Shown here in pieces: positions 27,225-36,020 of a stretch of 59,116 bases of DNA; the stretch's first letter is position 1; the number at the start of each line of letters is the position of its first letter. Origin of the DNA: Lachnospiraceae bacterium (lineage in GTDB: Bacteria; Bacillota; Clostridia; Lachnospirales; Lachnospiraceae); the NCBI GenBank assembly GCA_024681985.1, contig JAIKZU010000112.1, positions 1-59,116 of the forward strand, written 5' to 3'. The position numbers were made by a program, and so were the translations under genes. A model generated the notes under the pieces. The model was not told the origin of the DNA and made no database searches. It saw nothing but the letters and a program-made list of their open reading frames with translations.

Positions 27225-27364
27225 CCCTTACGTTTCCTCTCCAGTGTGATTTCTTTTAGGATATCCACCATATCCGTCAGGTCTCTGCTCTGGATCGCAT
27301 CTTCCGCATCCGCTACTTCGATACTGGGTTTGAATTTTTTTAATTCTTCTTCAAAATCGATCAT
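27221..27364 (-). CDS. 47-aa hypothetical protein, translationally coupled to the TPR gene
   Basis: Hand translation gives MIDFEEELKKFKPSIEVADAEDAIQSRDLTDMVDILKEITLERKRKG. The SD is GAGGAAG, 4 nt upstream of the ATG. The stop overlaps the downstream ATG as ATGA. The ORF is below the track cut-off. Confidence 0.45.
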   Translation of the reverse strand: MIDFEEELKKFKPSIEVADAEDAIQSRDLTDMVDILKEITLERKRKG

Positions 27365-27399
27365 GGTTCTTCCTCACAACTTAAAAACTGTTCCGTTTC

Positions 27400-27834
27400 C
27401 TAGCCGTTGGGACCCAGCAGAGAAAAGGAATAGGGCAGCATATCGCCCAAAGTATATCTCTTATATCCCTGGCTGTTCCCCAAAAGAATGATGAAGTTTT
27501 CATCGCAAAACTCCCGCATCACCTGTCTGCAGATGCCACAAGGCGTACAGATACCGGTGATATTTCCTCTCTCACCGCCGACGATGGCAATGGCATAAAA
27601 GGAGTGATGTCCTTCACTGACTGCCTTATAAAAAGCAGTGCGCTCTGCGCAGTTTGTAGCGCCATAGGAGGAATTCTCCACATTACATCCCATGTAGATA
27701 TTTCCGTCGGAGGTCAAAAGTGCAGCTCCCACCTGAAAATGAGAATAAGGACTGTAGGAGTTTTTCATGGCCTTTTTTGCATACTCCACCAAGCTCTCCT
27801 CCAGCTCTTTGGACAGCGTAATATGATCCGCCAT
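27400..27834 (-). CDS. cdd: Cytidine deaminase
   Basis: 144 aa with the zinc motifs CAERTA and PCGICRQ. Confidence 0.9.
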   Translation of the reverse strand: MADHITLSKELEESLVEYAKKAMKNSYSPYSHFQVGAALLTSDGNIYMGCNVENSSYGATNCAERTAFYKAVSEGHHSFYAIAIVGGERGNITGICTPCGICRQVMREFCDENFIILLGNSQGYKRYTLGDMLPYSFSLLGPNG

Positions 27835-27837
27835 CGA

Positions 27838-28503
27838 TCATCCCTCCTGTTCTTTGATCAGTTTCACAACCTTACTGCTTCCCAGTCGATCCGCTCCAAG
27901 TTCCAAAAACTTCCGGGCATCTTCTAAAGAAGATATCCCCCCCGCCGCCTTGATCCCCTTGGAAGGATCCATGTTTTCTTTCATCAGGCGTACCACATCA
28001 AAGGTGGCGCCACCGGTGGAAAAGCCTGTCGATGTTTTGATATAATCTGCCGTAGACTGATTAACGGCCTGACACATACCTACGATCTCCTCTTCATTCA
28101 AAAGACAGCTTTCGATGATCACCTTCAGGATCTTGCCCCCACAGGCCTTTTTTACTTCGTCGATCTCATCAATGATCCAGTCCCAGCGGCCTTCCTTTAC
28201 CCAGCCTACGTTCACCACCATGTCGATCTCCGATGCGCCGTTTTCCACCGCATCCTTCGCTTCAAAAGCTTTCACTGCCGTGGTGGAATAACCATTGGGA
28301 AAACCGATGACCGTACAGATGGGAAGTGTCTCATCCTGATCATCGATGTATGCCGCTGCGGGAGCTACGAAGGATGCGGGAATGCATACGGATGCCGTAT
28401 GGTATTTGATCCCGTCATCGATGATCTCCAATATCTCGTCCCAAGTTGAATTAACTTTCAACAAAGTGTGATCCGTATGGGCAAGTAAATATTTCGTATC
28501 CAT
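27838..28503 (-). CDS. deoC: Deoxyribose-phosphate aldolase
   Basis: 221 aa with HTDHTLLK, ASVCIP, a VIGFPNG-type segment and the IKTSTGF Schiff-base lysine region. Confidence 0.9.
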   Translation of the reverse strand: MDTKYLLAHTDHTLLKVNSTWDEILEIIDDGIKYHTASVCIPASFVAPAAAYIDDQDETLPICTVIGFPNGYSTTAVKAFEAKDAVENGASEIDMVVNVGWVKEGRWDWIIDEIDEVKKACGGKILKVIIESCLLNEEEIVGMCQAVNQSTADYIKTSTGFSTGGATFDVVRLMKENMDPSKGIKAAGGISSLEDARKFLELGADRLGSSKVVKLIKEQEG

Positions 28504-28515
28504 TGCAACGCCCCC

Positions 28516-31164
28516 TTACATAGCCGCCAAGCGAGCTTCCACGTCCGCCATCATCTGTTCGTATTTCTTTTGTTTTTCCTTTTCCTCGGCGACCTTAGCC
28601 TCCGGCGCCTTAGAGAGGAATTTTTCATTGGAGAGCATGGCCTTGGAACGAGCCAGTTCCTTTGCCAGGCGTTCTTTTTCTTTTGTGAGTCGTTCCTTTT
28701 CCTTCTCGAAATCCACCAGATCTTCAAGGGGTACATATACTACTGCATCCGGGATCACGAAGGATACGGATTTCTCGGGGATATTGTCTTTTCCTTCCTG
28801 TACTTCCACATCCGATGCACCTGCCAGGCCCTCGTAAATGGGACGAACCGTCTCAAACACATTTCGTACTTCTTCGTTGGCTGAGGTGATGAACAGCTTT
28901 GCCTTTTTGGAAGGGGGGACGTCCATATCCAAACGAAGGGAACGCATACCCCGAACCAGATCCTTTGCCCGCTCTACCATTGCCTCTTCCTTAGTAAAAT
29001 CCCACTCCTTCGTATACACCGGCCAGTCGGAGATCATGATGGACTCCTCCTCCGGATGCAGCGAACAGAAGATCTCTTCTGTTACAAAAGGCATGAAGGG
29101 ATGCAAAAGCTTTAATCCATTTGTTAAAACTGTATTTAATGTCCAAAGTGCTGCATTTGCAAATTTTTTATCTTCTGTTTTATTATATAATCTCGGCTTA
29201 GCTATCTCGATATACCAGTCACAGAACTCATCCCATATAAAGTCGTATACCTTCTGTACTGCGATACCGAGTTCAAACTTGTCCATGTTCTCCGTCACAT
29301 CCTTTGCCAGGGTGTTCACCTTGGACAGGATCCAGCGGTCCGCTTCCATCAGGTCTGCCGTATCCGGTTTGGTAACCGTCTCTCCTTCCAGGTTCATCAT
29401 GATAAACCTTGCGGAGTTCCAAACCTTGTTTGCAAAATTCCGGCTGTTTTCCACACGTTCCCAGTAGAAACGCATATCATTTCCGGGAGCATTACCGGTG
29501 ATCAGTGTCAATCGGAGGGCATCCGCCCCGTATTTGTCGATCACCTCTAAGGGATCAATGCCGTTGCCCAGGGATTTGGACATCTTTCGTCCCTTATCAT
29601 CCCGTACCAGACCGTGGATCAAAACCGTGTGGAAAGGTGATTTCTTAGTGTGGGCATATCCGGAAAATACCATACGCACCACCCAGAAGAAAATAATATC
29701 GTAACCGGTTACCAGCACATCTGTGGGGTAGAAATACTCCAGTTCTTCCGTTTTTTCCGGCCAGCCCAAGGTGGAAAAAGGCCACAGGGCCGATGAAAAC
29801 CAGGTATCCAACGTATCCGGATCCTGTGTCAGATGACTTCCGCCGCACTTGGGACAAACTTTCGGTGCATTCTCTGTCTTTGCCACAGTGATCTCTCCGC
29901 AGTCACCGCAGGTATAAGCGGGGATCCGATGGCCCCACCAAAGCTGTCTGGAAATACACCAGTCACGGATATTGTTGAGCCAATGAAGGTAGGTCTTGTC
30001 AAACCGCTCCGGTACGAACTTTAACTCACCTGTTTCGATGGCCTTGATGGCGGGCTTGGCCAATTCTTCCATGGCTACAAACCACTGAGGCTTTACCATG
30101 GGTTCAACCGTGGTATGGCACCGATCGTGGGTACCTACGTTATGCTCATGGTCTTCGATCCGTACCAGAAGTCCCATTTCATCCAGTTCCTTTACGATGG
30201 CCGCTCTCGCTTCGTAGCGATCCATCCCCTTAAACTTGCCGCCGTTCTCGTTAATGGTGGCATCGTCGTTTAAAATATTGATGATGGGTAGGTTGTGTCG
30301 CTTTCCTACCTCAAAGTCGTTGGGGTCATGGGCGGGAGTGATCTTTACCACACCGGTTCCGAATTCCATGTCTACATAATCATCCTCAACAATGGGGATC
30401 TCCCGATCCAGGAAGGGAAGGATCACTTTTTTCCCTACCAGGTCACGATATCTCTCATCCTGGGGATTGATGGCTACCGCCGTATCTCCCAGCATGGTCT
30501 CGGGACGGGTGGTGGCGAACTCCACAAATCTGCCTTCCTCTCCGGCAACCGGATATTTAATGTGCCAGAAATGGCCCTTTTGATCCTCGTATTCCACTTC
30601 CGCATCGGAAATAGAGGTCTTACAAACCGGACACCAGTTGATGATGCGCTCCCCCTTGTAGATATAGCCTTCCTCATACAAGCGAACGAACACTTCCTCC
30701 ACTGCCTTCGAGCAGCCTTCGTCCATGGTAAAACGTTCTCTCTCCCAATCCGCAGAAGAACCCATTTTCTTTAACTGATTGATGATGCGGCTGCCGTAAT
30801 CCTTTCGCCAGTCCCAGCATTTCTCCAAAAATCCTTCTCTGCCCAGATCCTGCTTCTCGATGCCCTGCTCCCTTAAGGAATCAATGACCTTTACCTCGGT
30901 AGCAATCGCCGCATGATCGGTGCCGGGCTGCCAAAGCGCATTGTATCCCTGCATCCGCTTATAACGGATCAGGATATCCTGCATGGTATTATCCAATGCA
31001 TGCCCCATATGCAACTGTCCCGTGATGTTCGGCGGCGGCATCACAATGGTAAAAGGCTTTTTGCTTTTATCCACCTTGGCGTGAAAATATCCCTTTTCTT
31101 CCCAGTTTTTATACAGTTTATCTTCCAACCCCTTGGGGTCATATGTTTTTGCTAATTCTTTCAT
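28516..31164 (-). CDS. valS: Valyl-tRNA synthetase
   Basis: 882 aa with PPPNITGQLHMGH (HIGH), KMSKS, and a C-terminal coiled-coil. Confidence 0.95.
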   Translation of the reverse strand: MKELAKTYDPKGLEDKLYKNWEEKGYFHAKVDKSKKPFTIVMPPPNITGQLHMGHALDNTMQDILIRYKRMQGYNALWQPGTDHAAIATEVKVIDSLREQGIEKQDLGREGFLEKCWDWRKDYGSRIINQLKKMGSSADWERERFTMDEGCSKAVEEVFVRLYEEGYIYKGERIINWCPVCKTSISDAEVEYEDQKGHFWHIKYPVAGEEGRFVEFATTRPETMLGDTAVAINPQDERYRDLVGKKVILPFLDREIPIVEDDYVDMEFGTGVVKITPAHDPNDFEVGKRHNLPIINILNDDATINENGGKFKGMDRYEARAAIVKELDEMGLLVRIEDHEHNVGTHDRCHTTVEPMVKPQWFVAMEELAKPAIKAIETGELKFVPERFDKTYLHWLNNIRDWCISRQLWWGHRIPAYTCGDCGEITVAKTENAPKVCPKCGGSHLTQDPDTLDTWFSSALWPFSTLGWPEKTEELEYFYPTDVLVTGYDIIFFWVVRMVFSGYAHTKKSPFHTVLIHGLVRDDKGRKMSKSLGNGIDPLEVIDKYGADALRLTLITGNAPGNDMRFYWERVENSRNFANKVWNSARFIMMNLEGETVTKPDTADLMEADRWILSKVNTLAKDVTENMDKFELGIAVQKVYDFIWDEFCDWYIEIAKPRLYNKTEDKKFANAALWTLNTVLTNGLKLLHPFMPFVTEEIFCSLHPEEESIMISDWPVYTKEWDFTKEEAMVERAKDLVRGMRSLRLDMDVPPSKKAKLFITSANEEVRNVFETVRPIYEGLAGASDVEVQEGKDNIPEKSVSFVIPDAVVYVPLEDLVDFEKEKERLTKEKERLAKELARSKAMLSNEKFLSKAPEAKVAEEKEKQKKYEQMMADVEARLAAM

Positions 31165-31200
31165 AATATCATCTCTTACTTTCTTTATAATTCACCATCA

Positions 31201-31225
31201 AAAGGGAATCTAAAGCATATTCCCT
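31201..31225 (-). terminator. Hairpin/terminator between the glycosyltransferase cluster and valS
   Basis: AAGGGAAT-N9-ATTCCCTT, followed on the minus strand by TTGATGG. The U-tract is weak. Confidence 0.45.
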
Positions 31226-31246
31226 TCGATGGTTTACAACCTGTTA

Positions 31247-33022
31247 TTATATCTTTTTTTCCTCTGTCTCACAAGGCAAATCAGCCTCTTTCGGCTTTTT
31301 CACCCTTCGGTGATGCACCGCTTCAGGATGACGGACGACGACAAATCCGGAACAGGGAACAATCTTCCCATCGTAATAGCGACATCTGTCTGCCTTTAAA
31401 AGTACAGCATCCACAGGTGCGAAGGGCACACATTTGGCCACCAGTCCATTAAAATGGGCCGCACTTTTGGTCACATCTTCCATTTCATCCGCATACAAAA
31501 CCTTTGGCATACATGCCGCCACATTTTCCTGCAGGGCATATCCGAAAAGGTCAGGTAACAGGTCCTCCGGTTTTGCCTTGATGTCTTCGTGGAGAATGAA
31601 AAGATATCCCTCTCCTGCTGCCTCTAAGGCCTGGGTGATACGTGCGGAGACTACATCTTCTCCATCATGCTCCGACAACATAAGAACCGCGGATTCCGGC
31701 AGATCCTCATGTAAAAACTCCGTCACATAGGTTCCCGGTTCCGGGCCGAAATCCACCTCCGCAGGAATGTGTAAACGACGATAATGGGCCGCTATAGCCC
31801 GTTTCCCGGCATCATAGGCATAGCGCTTGGCATATGGACTTTCCGCCGTAGAGGCGCTGTGAGCCCGCCAATGGTATACAGGCCGCGGCACATGGGCGAT
31901 ACCCTTTGCCCTTTCCGTCAGGCGAAAGATCAGATCATAGTCCTGCGCTCCGTCAAACTCCGGGGAATTCCAGTAACTCAGTTCCGAAAGCAGGGATCTC
32001 TTTACCGCAAAAAAATGGCTCATATAATTTAAACCACAGAGCATCACGGGATCATAATCCGGCTTAAAGAAAGGATCAAAATAGGATCGGCTTTCCTCAT
32101 CCACCTTATCCTGATCGGTATAGACGATATCGATCTCCTCCGTTTTGTTAAATGCCCGCACCACTTCATAAAAGGCATCCGGCGAAAGCACATCATCGTG
32201 ATCCATAAAGGCCACCACATCTCCCGTAGCCATCCCTATGGCACGGTTGGTGTTTTCTCCGATCCCGTAATTGCAGTCCAAAATCTGATGTTTCAGTTGC
32301 GGCAGCTTTTTTTTGTATTCATCCAGGATCTCCCGGATCCGTATGGTCTGTCCGTCGGAGCAGTCTTCATCCGACGCCACTGCCAGACATATCTCCATAT
32401 TTTGATAGCTCTGGGACAAAATAGAATCCAGCATTTCCCGAAGATAGGACTCCGGTGTCCGATAGACCGGGATCACCAGGGAGATCTTCGGTCGATAAGA
32501 AAAAACTTCCTCGGACTGTCTGTTTAATTCCTCCGGCGTCGGCGTATGATCCTTAAGCCACTGCAAGTACGCTTCATCGCTTCCTTTTGCGGAATCTCCT
32601 TCCGAAAGGAGTCGGTGCAGAGTCATGCGGATTCCGTTTTTCATCAGATAATCCATGCCCCGATGGGCCTTTGGCCAAAAACCACTGCCCTTGGCATAGT
32701 ACTCTTTTTTGTAGTCTTCATCGGTAAAGCGTGTGCTCAAAACCCCGTCACCGGATACTTCCACGGTGATGGGCAGTCGGGCGCGGATCTCGGATTCCGG
32801 AATCAAAATCTGCAGACGAAAGCCGGTCAGGGTACCCTCCTGCAAGCCAAAATCTTCATTGATATCACTTCTGGGAAATCCGAAGACCCGATAAGGGCAC
32901 TCCTTTTTGTCACCGTCAAAAACCCGATACGTAAGGGGCTTTTGGGAGATGACCCAACCCACCATATAAAGGCCGTTTTCATTTAATGTATTTACTTCCG
33001 GATGAAATTGAAATTCTTTCAT
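31247..33022 (-). CDS. Family 2 glycosyltransferase with extra N- and C-terminal domains
   Basis: The central GT2 core is ISLVIPVYRTPESYLREMLDSILSQSYQNMEICL...FMDHDD. ATG at 33022 lies 7 nt after GGGAGA. The track uses TTG at 33052. Confidence 0.8.
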   Translation of the reverse strand: MKEFQFHPEVNTLNENGLYMVGWVISQKPLTYRVFDGDKKECPYRVFGFPRSDINEDFGLQEGTLTGFRLQILIPESEIRARLPITVEVSGDGVLSTRFTDEDYKKEYYAKGSGFWPKAHRGMDYLMKNGIRMTLHRLLSEGDSAKGSDEAYLQWLKDHTPTPEELNRQSEEVFSYRPKISLVIPVYRTPESYLREMLDSILSQSYQNMEICLAVASDEDCSDGQTIRIREILDEYKKKLPQLKHQILDCNYGIGENTNRAIGMATGDVVAFMDHDDVLSPDAFYEVVRAFNKTEEIDIVYTDQDKVDEESRSYFDPFFKPDYDPVMLCGLNYMSHFFAVKRSLLSELSYWNSPEFDGAQDYDLIFRLTERAKGIAHVPRPVYHWRAHSASTAESPYAKRYAYDAGKRAIAAHYRRLHIPAEVDFGPEPGTYVTEFLHEDLPESAVLMLSEHDGEDVVSARITQALEAAGEGYLFILHEDIKAKPEDLLPDLFGYALQENVAACMPKVLYADEMEDVTKSAAHFNGLVAKCVPFAPVDAVLLKADRCRYYDGKIVPCSGFVVVRHPEAVHHRRVKKPKEADLPCETEEKKI

Positions 33023-33042
33023 CGCCTTATCTCCCAAAGGGA

Positions 33043-33984
33043 TCAGATCCAAAGCATAAAAAAGAGATTATGCTTTTTTCTCCGTATCCCGTTTTTCTTT
33101 AAAAATGCGATCTTTTGTATAAAGCTCATTTCATGCAGACGGACAAACCCCTCCAGGGTCTTTCTTTTTTGCTCCGGTACCCCGGATAAACTTAAGATCC
33201 CACGGGCCAAAGATGCCTTTTCTTCATAGAAGATCCGCTTCTTTTCCCCGGCTGACCGGTTACTTAGATCCGCTGCATTCCTTTTGATCTTTTCCGTAGT
33301 GTTTTCCGCAACTGCGCCTTTTTCGTTCCCGCCGTGCTGACGATAATACAAAAGCGGCTGGTCGCAAAAATCCGTCATGCCAAACACAGCTGCCGTCATC
33401 AAAAACCAGACGTCATGCATATAGATGCCGGATCGATCGGAAAGTTCCAGCCCCTTGTCCCGGCAGGTGCGGTTTAATACTATGCTACAGCCGGCGGCGG
33501 GATTATCGATCAGGATCTCACTAAAGGAGTGGTAGGTTCCATCCCTGTCAATATAGTTTAGGAAAGAATCCGAGATCACGGAAAGGCGGCTGTCGGTCAC
33601 ATACATATCCGAAAACACCGCCATGGGGAGCTTTTGACTGCTCTTTTTTTCCAGGTCCAAAAGCTTCTCTAAAGTAAACTTCATCTTTTCCGGAAGCCAG
33701 ACATCGTCCTGATCCGCAAAAAAATAATAGTCTGCTTCCACAGAACTGATCAGGTGAAAGAAGTTTTCCTTTGCCCCCAGGTTCTTTTTATCGTCCCTTA
33801 AGATCACAAAGATCTCCGGATACCTCTTCTCATATTCCGCCAGGATCTCTAACGTGCCGTCTGTGGAACCGTCATCATGTATATAGCAGGTAAACGTCAC
33901 CTCCTGCTGCCGAAGCAGGGATTCCAGCATCTCGGCAAGATAAGCTTTGCCGTTATAAGTTGAAAGCAATACCGCGTTTTTCAT
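33043..33984 (-). CDS. Family 2 glycosyltransferase (rhamnosyltransferase-like)
   Basis: VLLSTYNGKAYLAEMLESLLRQ...YIHDDGSTDGT...FADQDDVW. Confidence 0.8.
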   Translation of the reverse strand: MKNAVLLSTYNGKAYLAEMLESLLRQQEVTFTCYIHDDGSTDGTLEILAEYEKRYPEIFVILRDDKKNLGAKENFFHLISSVEADYYFFADQDDVWLPEKMKFTLEKLLDLEKKSSQKLPMAVFSDMYVTDSRLSVISDSFLNYIDRDGTYHSFSEILIDNPAAGCSIVLNRTCRDKGLELSDRSGIYMHDVWFLMTAAVFGMTDFCDQPLLYYRQHGGNEKGAVAENTTEKIKRNAADLSNRSAGEKKRIFYEEKASLARGILSLSGVPEQKRKTLEGFVRLHEMSFIQKIAFLKKNGIRRKKHNLFFMLWI

Positions 33985-34892
33985 CAGCTTCGATTAAACC
34001 CGTAGGGGGTCTTTGTCCTTTTTTTAAATAGCAGATTGTCAAAAAACAGATCCATGTTCACAAACGAACTAAAGATCTTTCCAAAGAGCCCGCTCTTTCT
34101 AAAAGTGGCTTTATAGCGTATCATCCGCTCCAAAAGATCCACCTCGCCTTTATCCAGAGCCTTTGATCGGCGAAGGGGCTCCAAAAACTCCAAAACGGAT
34201 GCATCTGTCTGTTCCGTGGATCCGGACAGATTTTCCCCGGTATAATGATGGGTATAAAGAGGCAGATCCACGTAGAAAAAAGTTCTTTGTCTGCCCAAAA
34301 GCAAAAGCCACAGAAAATAGTCATCCGCCCCGTTTTGGGAAATGGTGTTTTGGGTCCATTCAGCGGGAATGGCATCGACCCGAAGCGCACACTGCCCGGG
34401 GGATACGATCTGAGTGCCCACGCAAAGATAAGTGGATAGATCCCCTACCCTCTCCTTTTGGTAGTCCGTACGGTACAAAAGATTGGTTACGCTGGGGGTC
34501 TCAAAGTACGCATTGGATACGATCACATCACTGCCCTCCGCCACTGCCGTCTGTAAAAACGTAAGCATCGCTTCGTCGGTAATATAGTCATCCTGGTCCA
34601 AAAACATGACGTACTCTCCGGTGGCCTTTTGCAGTCCTTTGACCCGGGAGGCGTGGATGCCCATGTTACGTTCATTCTCTATCACGTGCCAATTGTCCTT
34701 TTGCCGATAGAGTGCCGGGATACCCACTCCAACCCCGGGAGAATCGTTTACCAGGATCACTTCCATGGCATAGTCAGTGCCACAGGATGCATTGCTTTCG
34801 GAAAGTTTTTTTTCATTAGCGAGCATCATTTCCAGATACTTTCCCAGATATGCATTTCCGTCAAAAAAAGGTGTGATCACAGAAATCTTCAT
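33984..34892 (-). CDS. Family 2 glycosyltransferase
   Basis: MKISVITPFFDGNAYLGKYLEMM...VILVNDSP...FLDQDD. Confidence 0.75.
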   Translation of the reverse strand: MKISVITPFFDGNAYLGKYLEMMLANEKKLSESNASCGTDYAMEVILVNDSPGVGVGIPALYRQKDNWHVIENERNMGIHASRVKGLQKATGEYVMFLDQDDYITDEAMLTFLQTAVAEGSDVIVSNAYFETPSVTNLLYRTDYQKERVGDLSTYLCVGTQIVSPGQCALRVDAIPAEWTQNTISQNGADDYFLWLLLLGRQRTFFYVDLPLYTHHYTGENLSGSTEQTDASVLEFLEPLRRSKALDKGEVDLLERMIRYKATFRKSGLFGKIFSSFVNMDLFFDNLLFKKRTKTPYGFNRS

Positions 34893-34895
34893 AAC

Positions 34896-35696
34896 CTAAA
34901 AGCTGGCCTCATATCTTTCCTTTAAAAACTTCGCCTTCAAAAACGCCGTGCCCTTTTTCCACCAGTTTTCCGGCTCAATGGAGATCACCGGAAGTTCCGT
35001 TACCCGCATGCCCTTTTCCTGCTCCTTTAAAAGCCAGGCGTTAAACAGGATCTCACTGACTCGGCCGTAGAGGCGTTTGTGAAAGGCAGACATGCCGGAG
35101 ACATCGATCTTTGGCTCCAGCGCAAAGAGGATGTCAAAGATCCAGGAACAATACCGGTCCGCATACTCCCTTTTCATCAAAAACATATTGAACATATAGC
35201 CCCAGGTACGTCCATAGACTTTATCCACATAGGGCAGATATTCCGGGCAGCGCTCCATTACCAGCTCCCTGGCCAGTTCCATGTGGTTTTCATGGATCGT
35301 GTGATCGTAGTGGGAAAGCAGCGTCTCGATGTAATACTTTCTCTTTTTTGGCAGGATCGCATCCGCGTCCTTTAAAAGTGCATCCGCTGTTTTTTGATCC
35401 AGCACATGCAAAAGCCTCTGAGACGGATCTTTGGACGTCGTTTTGGACTTTGCCAGATATCTGCGATACTGCACCACGCCATAGGCATCCGCATCCAGAT
35501 TTTTCCATGCCCAGTACACTGCTGTGAGTTCGCAGTAGTAGGGATTTCTCTCGGAAATACTTTCCCCCTCATCATCCCGTAAGTAGACAGGATCCAGGGA
35601 TTCCTTCCCCACAGCTCCCACCTGGATGGTCCGATACAGGGGATCATTCGGCATCTCGTATAATTTATGTGTGGCGATCAATAATTTTGCACTCAT
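34896..35696 (-). CDS. DUF4422-family putative glycosyltransferase
   Basis: MSAKLLIATHKLYEMPNDPLYRTIQVGA...YCELTAVYWAWKN is the typical DUF4422 N-terminus. No SD is present, and a terminator U-tract abuts the ATG. Confidence 0.7.
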   Translation of the reverse strand: MSAKLLIATHKLYEMPNDPLYRTIQVGAVGKESLDPVYLRDDEGESISERNPYYCELTAVYWAWKNLDADAYGVVQYRRYLAKSKTTSKDPSQRLLHVLDQKTADALLKDADAILPKKRKYYIETLLSHYDHTIHENHMELARELVMERCPEYLPYVDKVYGRTWGYMFNMFLMKREYADRYCSWIFDILFALEPKIDVSGMSAFHKRLYGRVSEILFNAWLLKEQEKGMRVTELPVISIEPENWWKKGTAFLKAKFLKERYEASF

Positions 35697-35700
35697 ATAT

Positions 35701-35737
35701 AACAAAAAAGGAGTCTTCCCTTGCGGCGAAAACTCCT
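35701..35737 (-). terminator. Rho-independent terminator directly abutting the start of the DUF4422 gene
   Basis: The minus-strand RNA is GGAGUUUUC-GCCGCAAGG-GAAGACUCC followed by UUUUUUGUUAUAU-AUG. The stem is 9 bp including one G-U pair. Confidence 0.6.
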
Positions 35738-35767
35738 CATCTCCTCAATATCAACCTATAAAAGGGC

Positions 35768-35902
35768 CTACTCGTCTTCGTCTTCTTCATCCACAATGGC
35801 AGCTGCTGCGCCTGAAACGGCGGAAGCCACGACGACAACGGTAACGATCACAACCAGTAAGATCAAAATAAAAAAGAAAATCAAAAATCCTTCAGGTGTC
35901 AT
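35768..35902 (-). CDS. 44-aa single-TM micro-protein with an acidic tail
   Basis: Hand translation gives MTPEGFLIFFFILILLVVIVTVVVVASAVSGAAAAIVDEEDEDE. The SD is AAGGAG, 8 nt upstream of the ATG. It has its own extended -10 promoter and terminator. The ORF is below the track cut-off. Confidence 0.5.
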   Translation of the reverse strand: MTPEGFLIFFFILILLVVIVTVVVVASAVSGAAAAIVDEEDEDE

Positions 35903-35952
35903 AACTATAAGCTCCTTAATAAAACCATCACATCAGGTTGTCAACCAAAGGT

Positions 35953-35961
35953 ATTATACCA
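35953..35961 (-). promoter_or_regulatory. Extended -10 element (TGGTATAAT) upstream of the 44-aa ORF
   Basis: The reverse complement of 35953-35961 is TGGTATAAT. The -35 is weak. Confidence 0.45.
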
Positions 35962-36020
35962 CAAAGCGACGAGGAAAATCCACATTTATATGGTTTCGAC
36001 GACTTTCCACGACATTTCTC

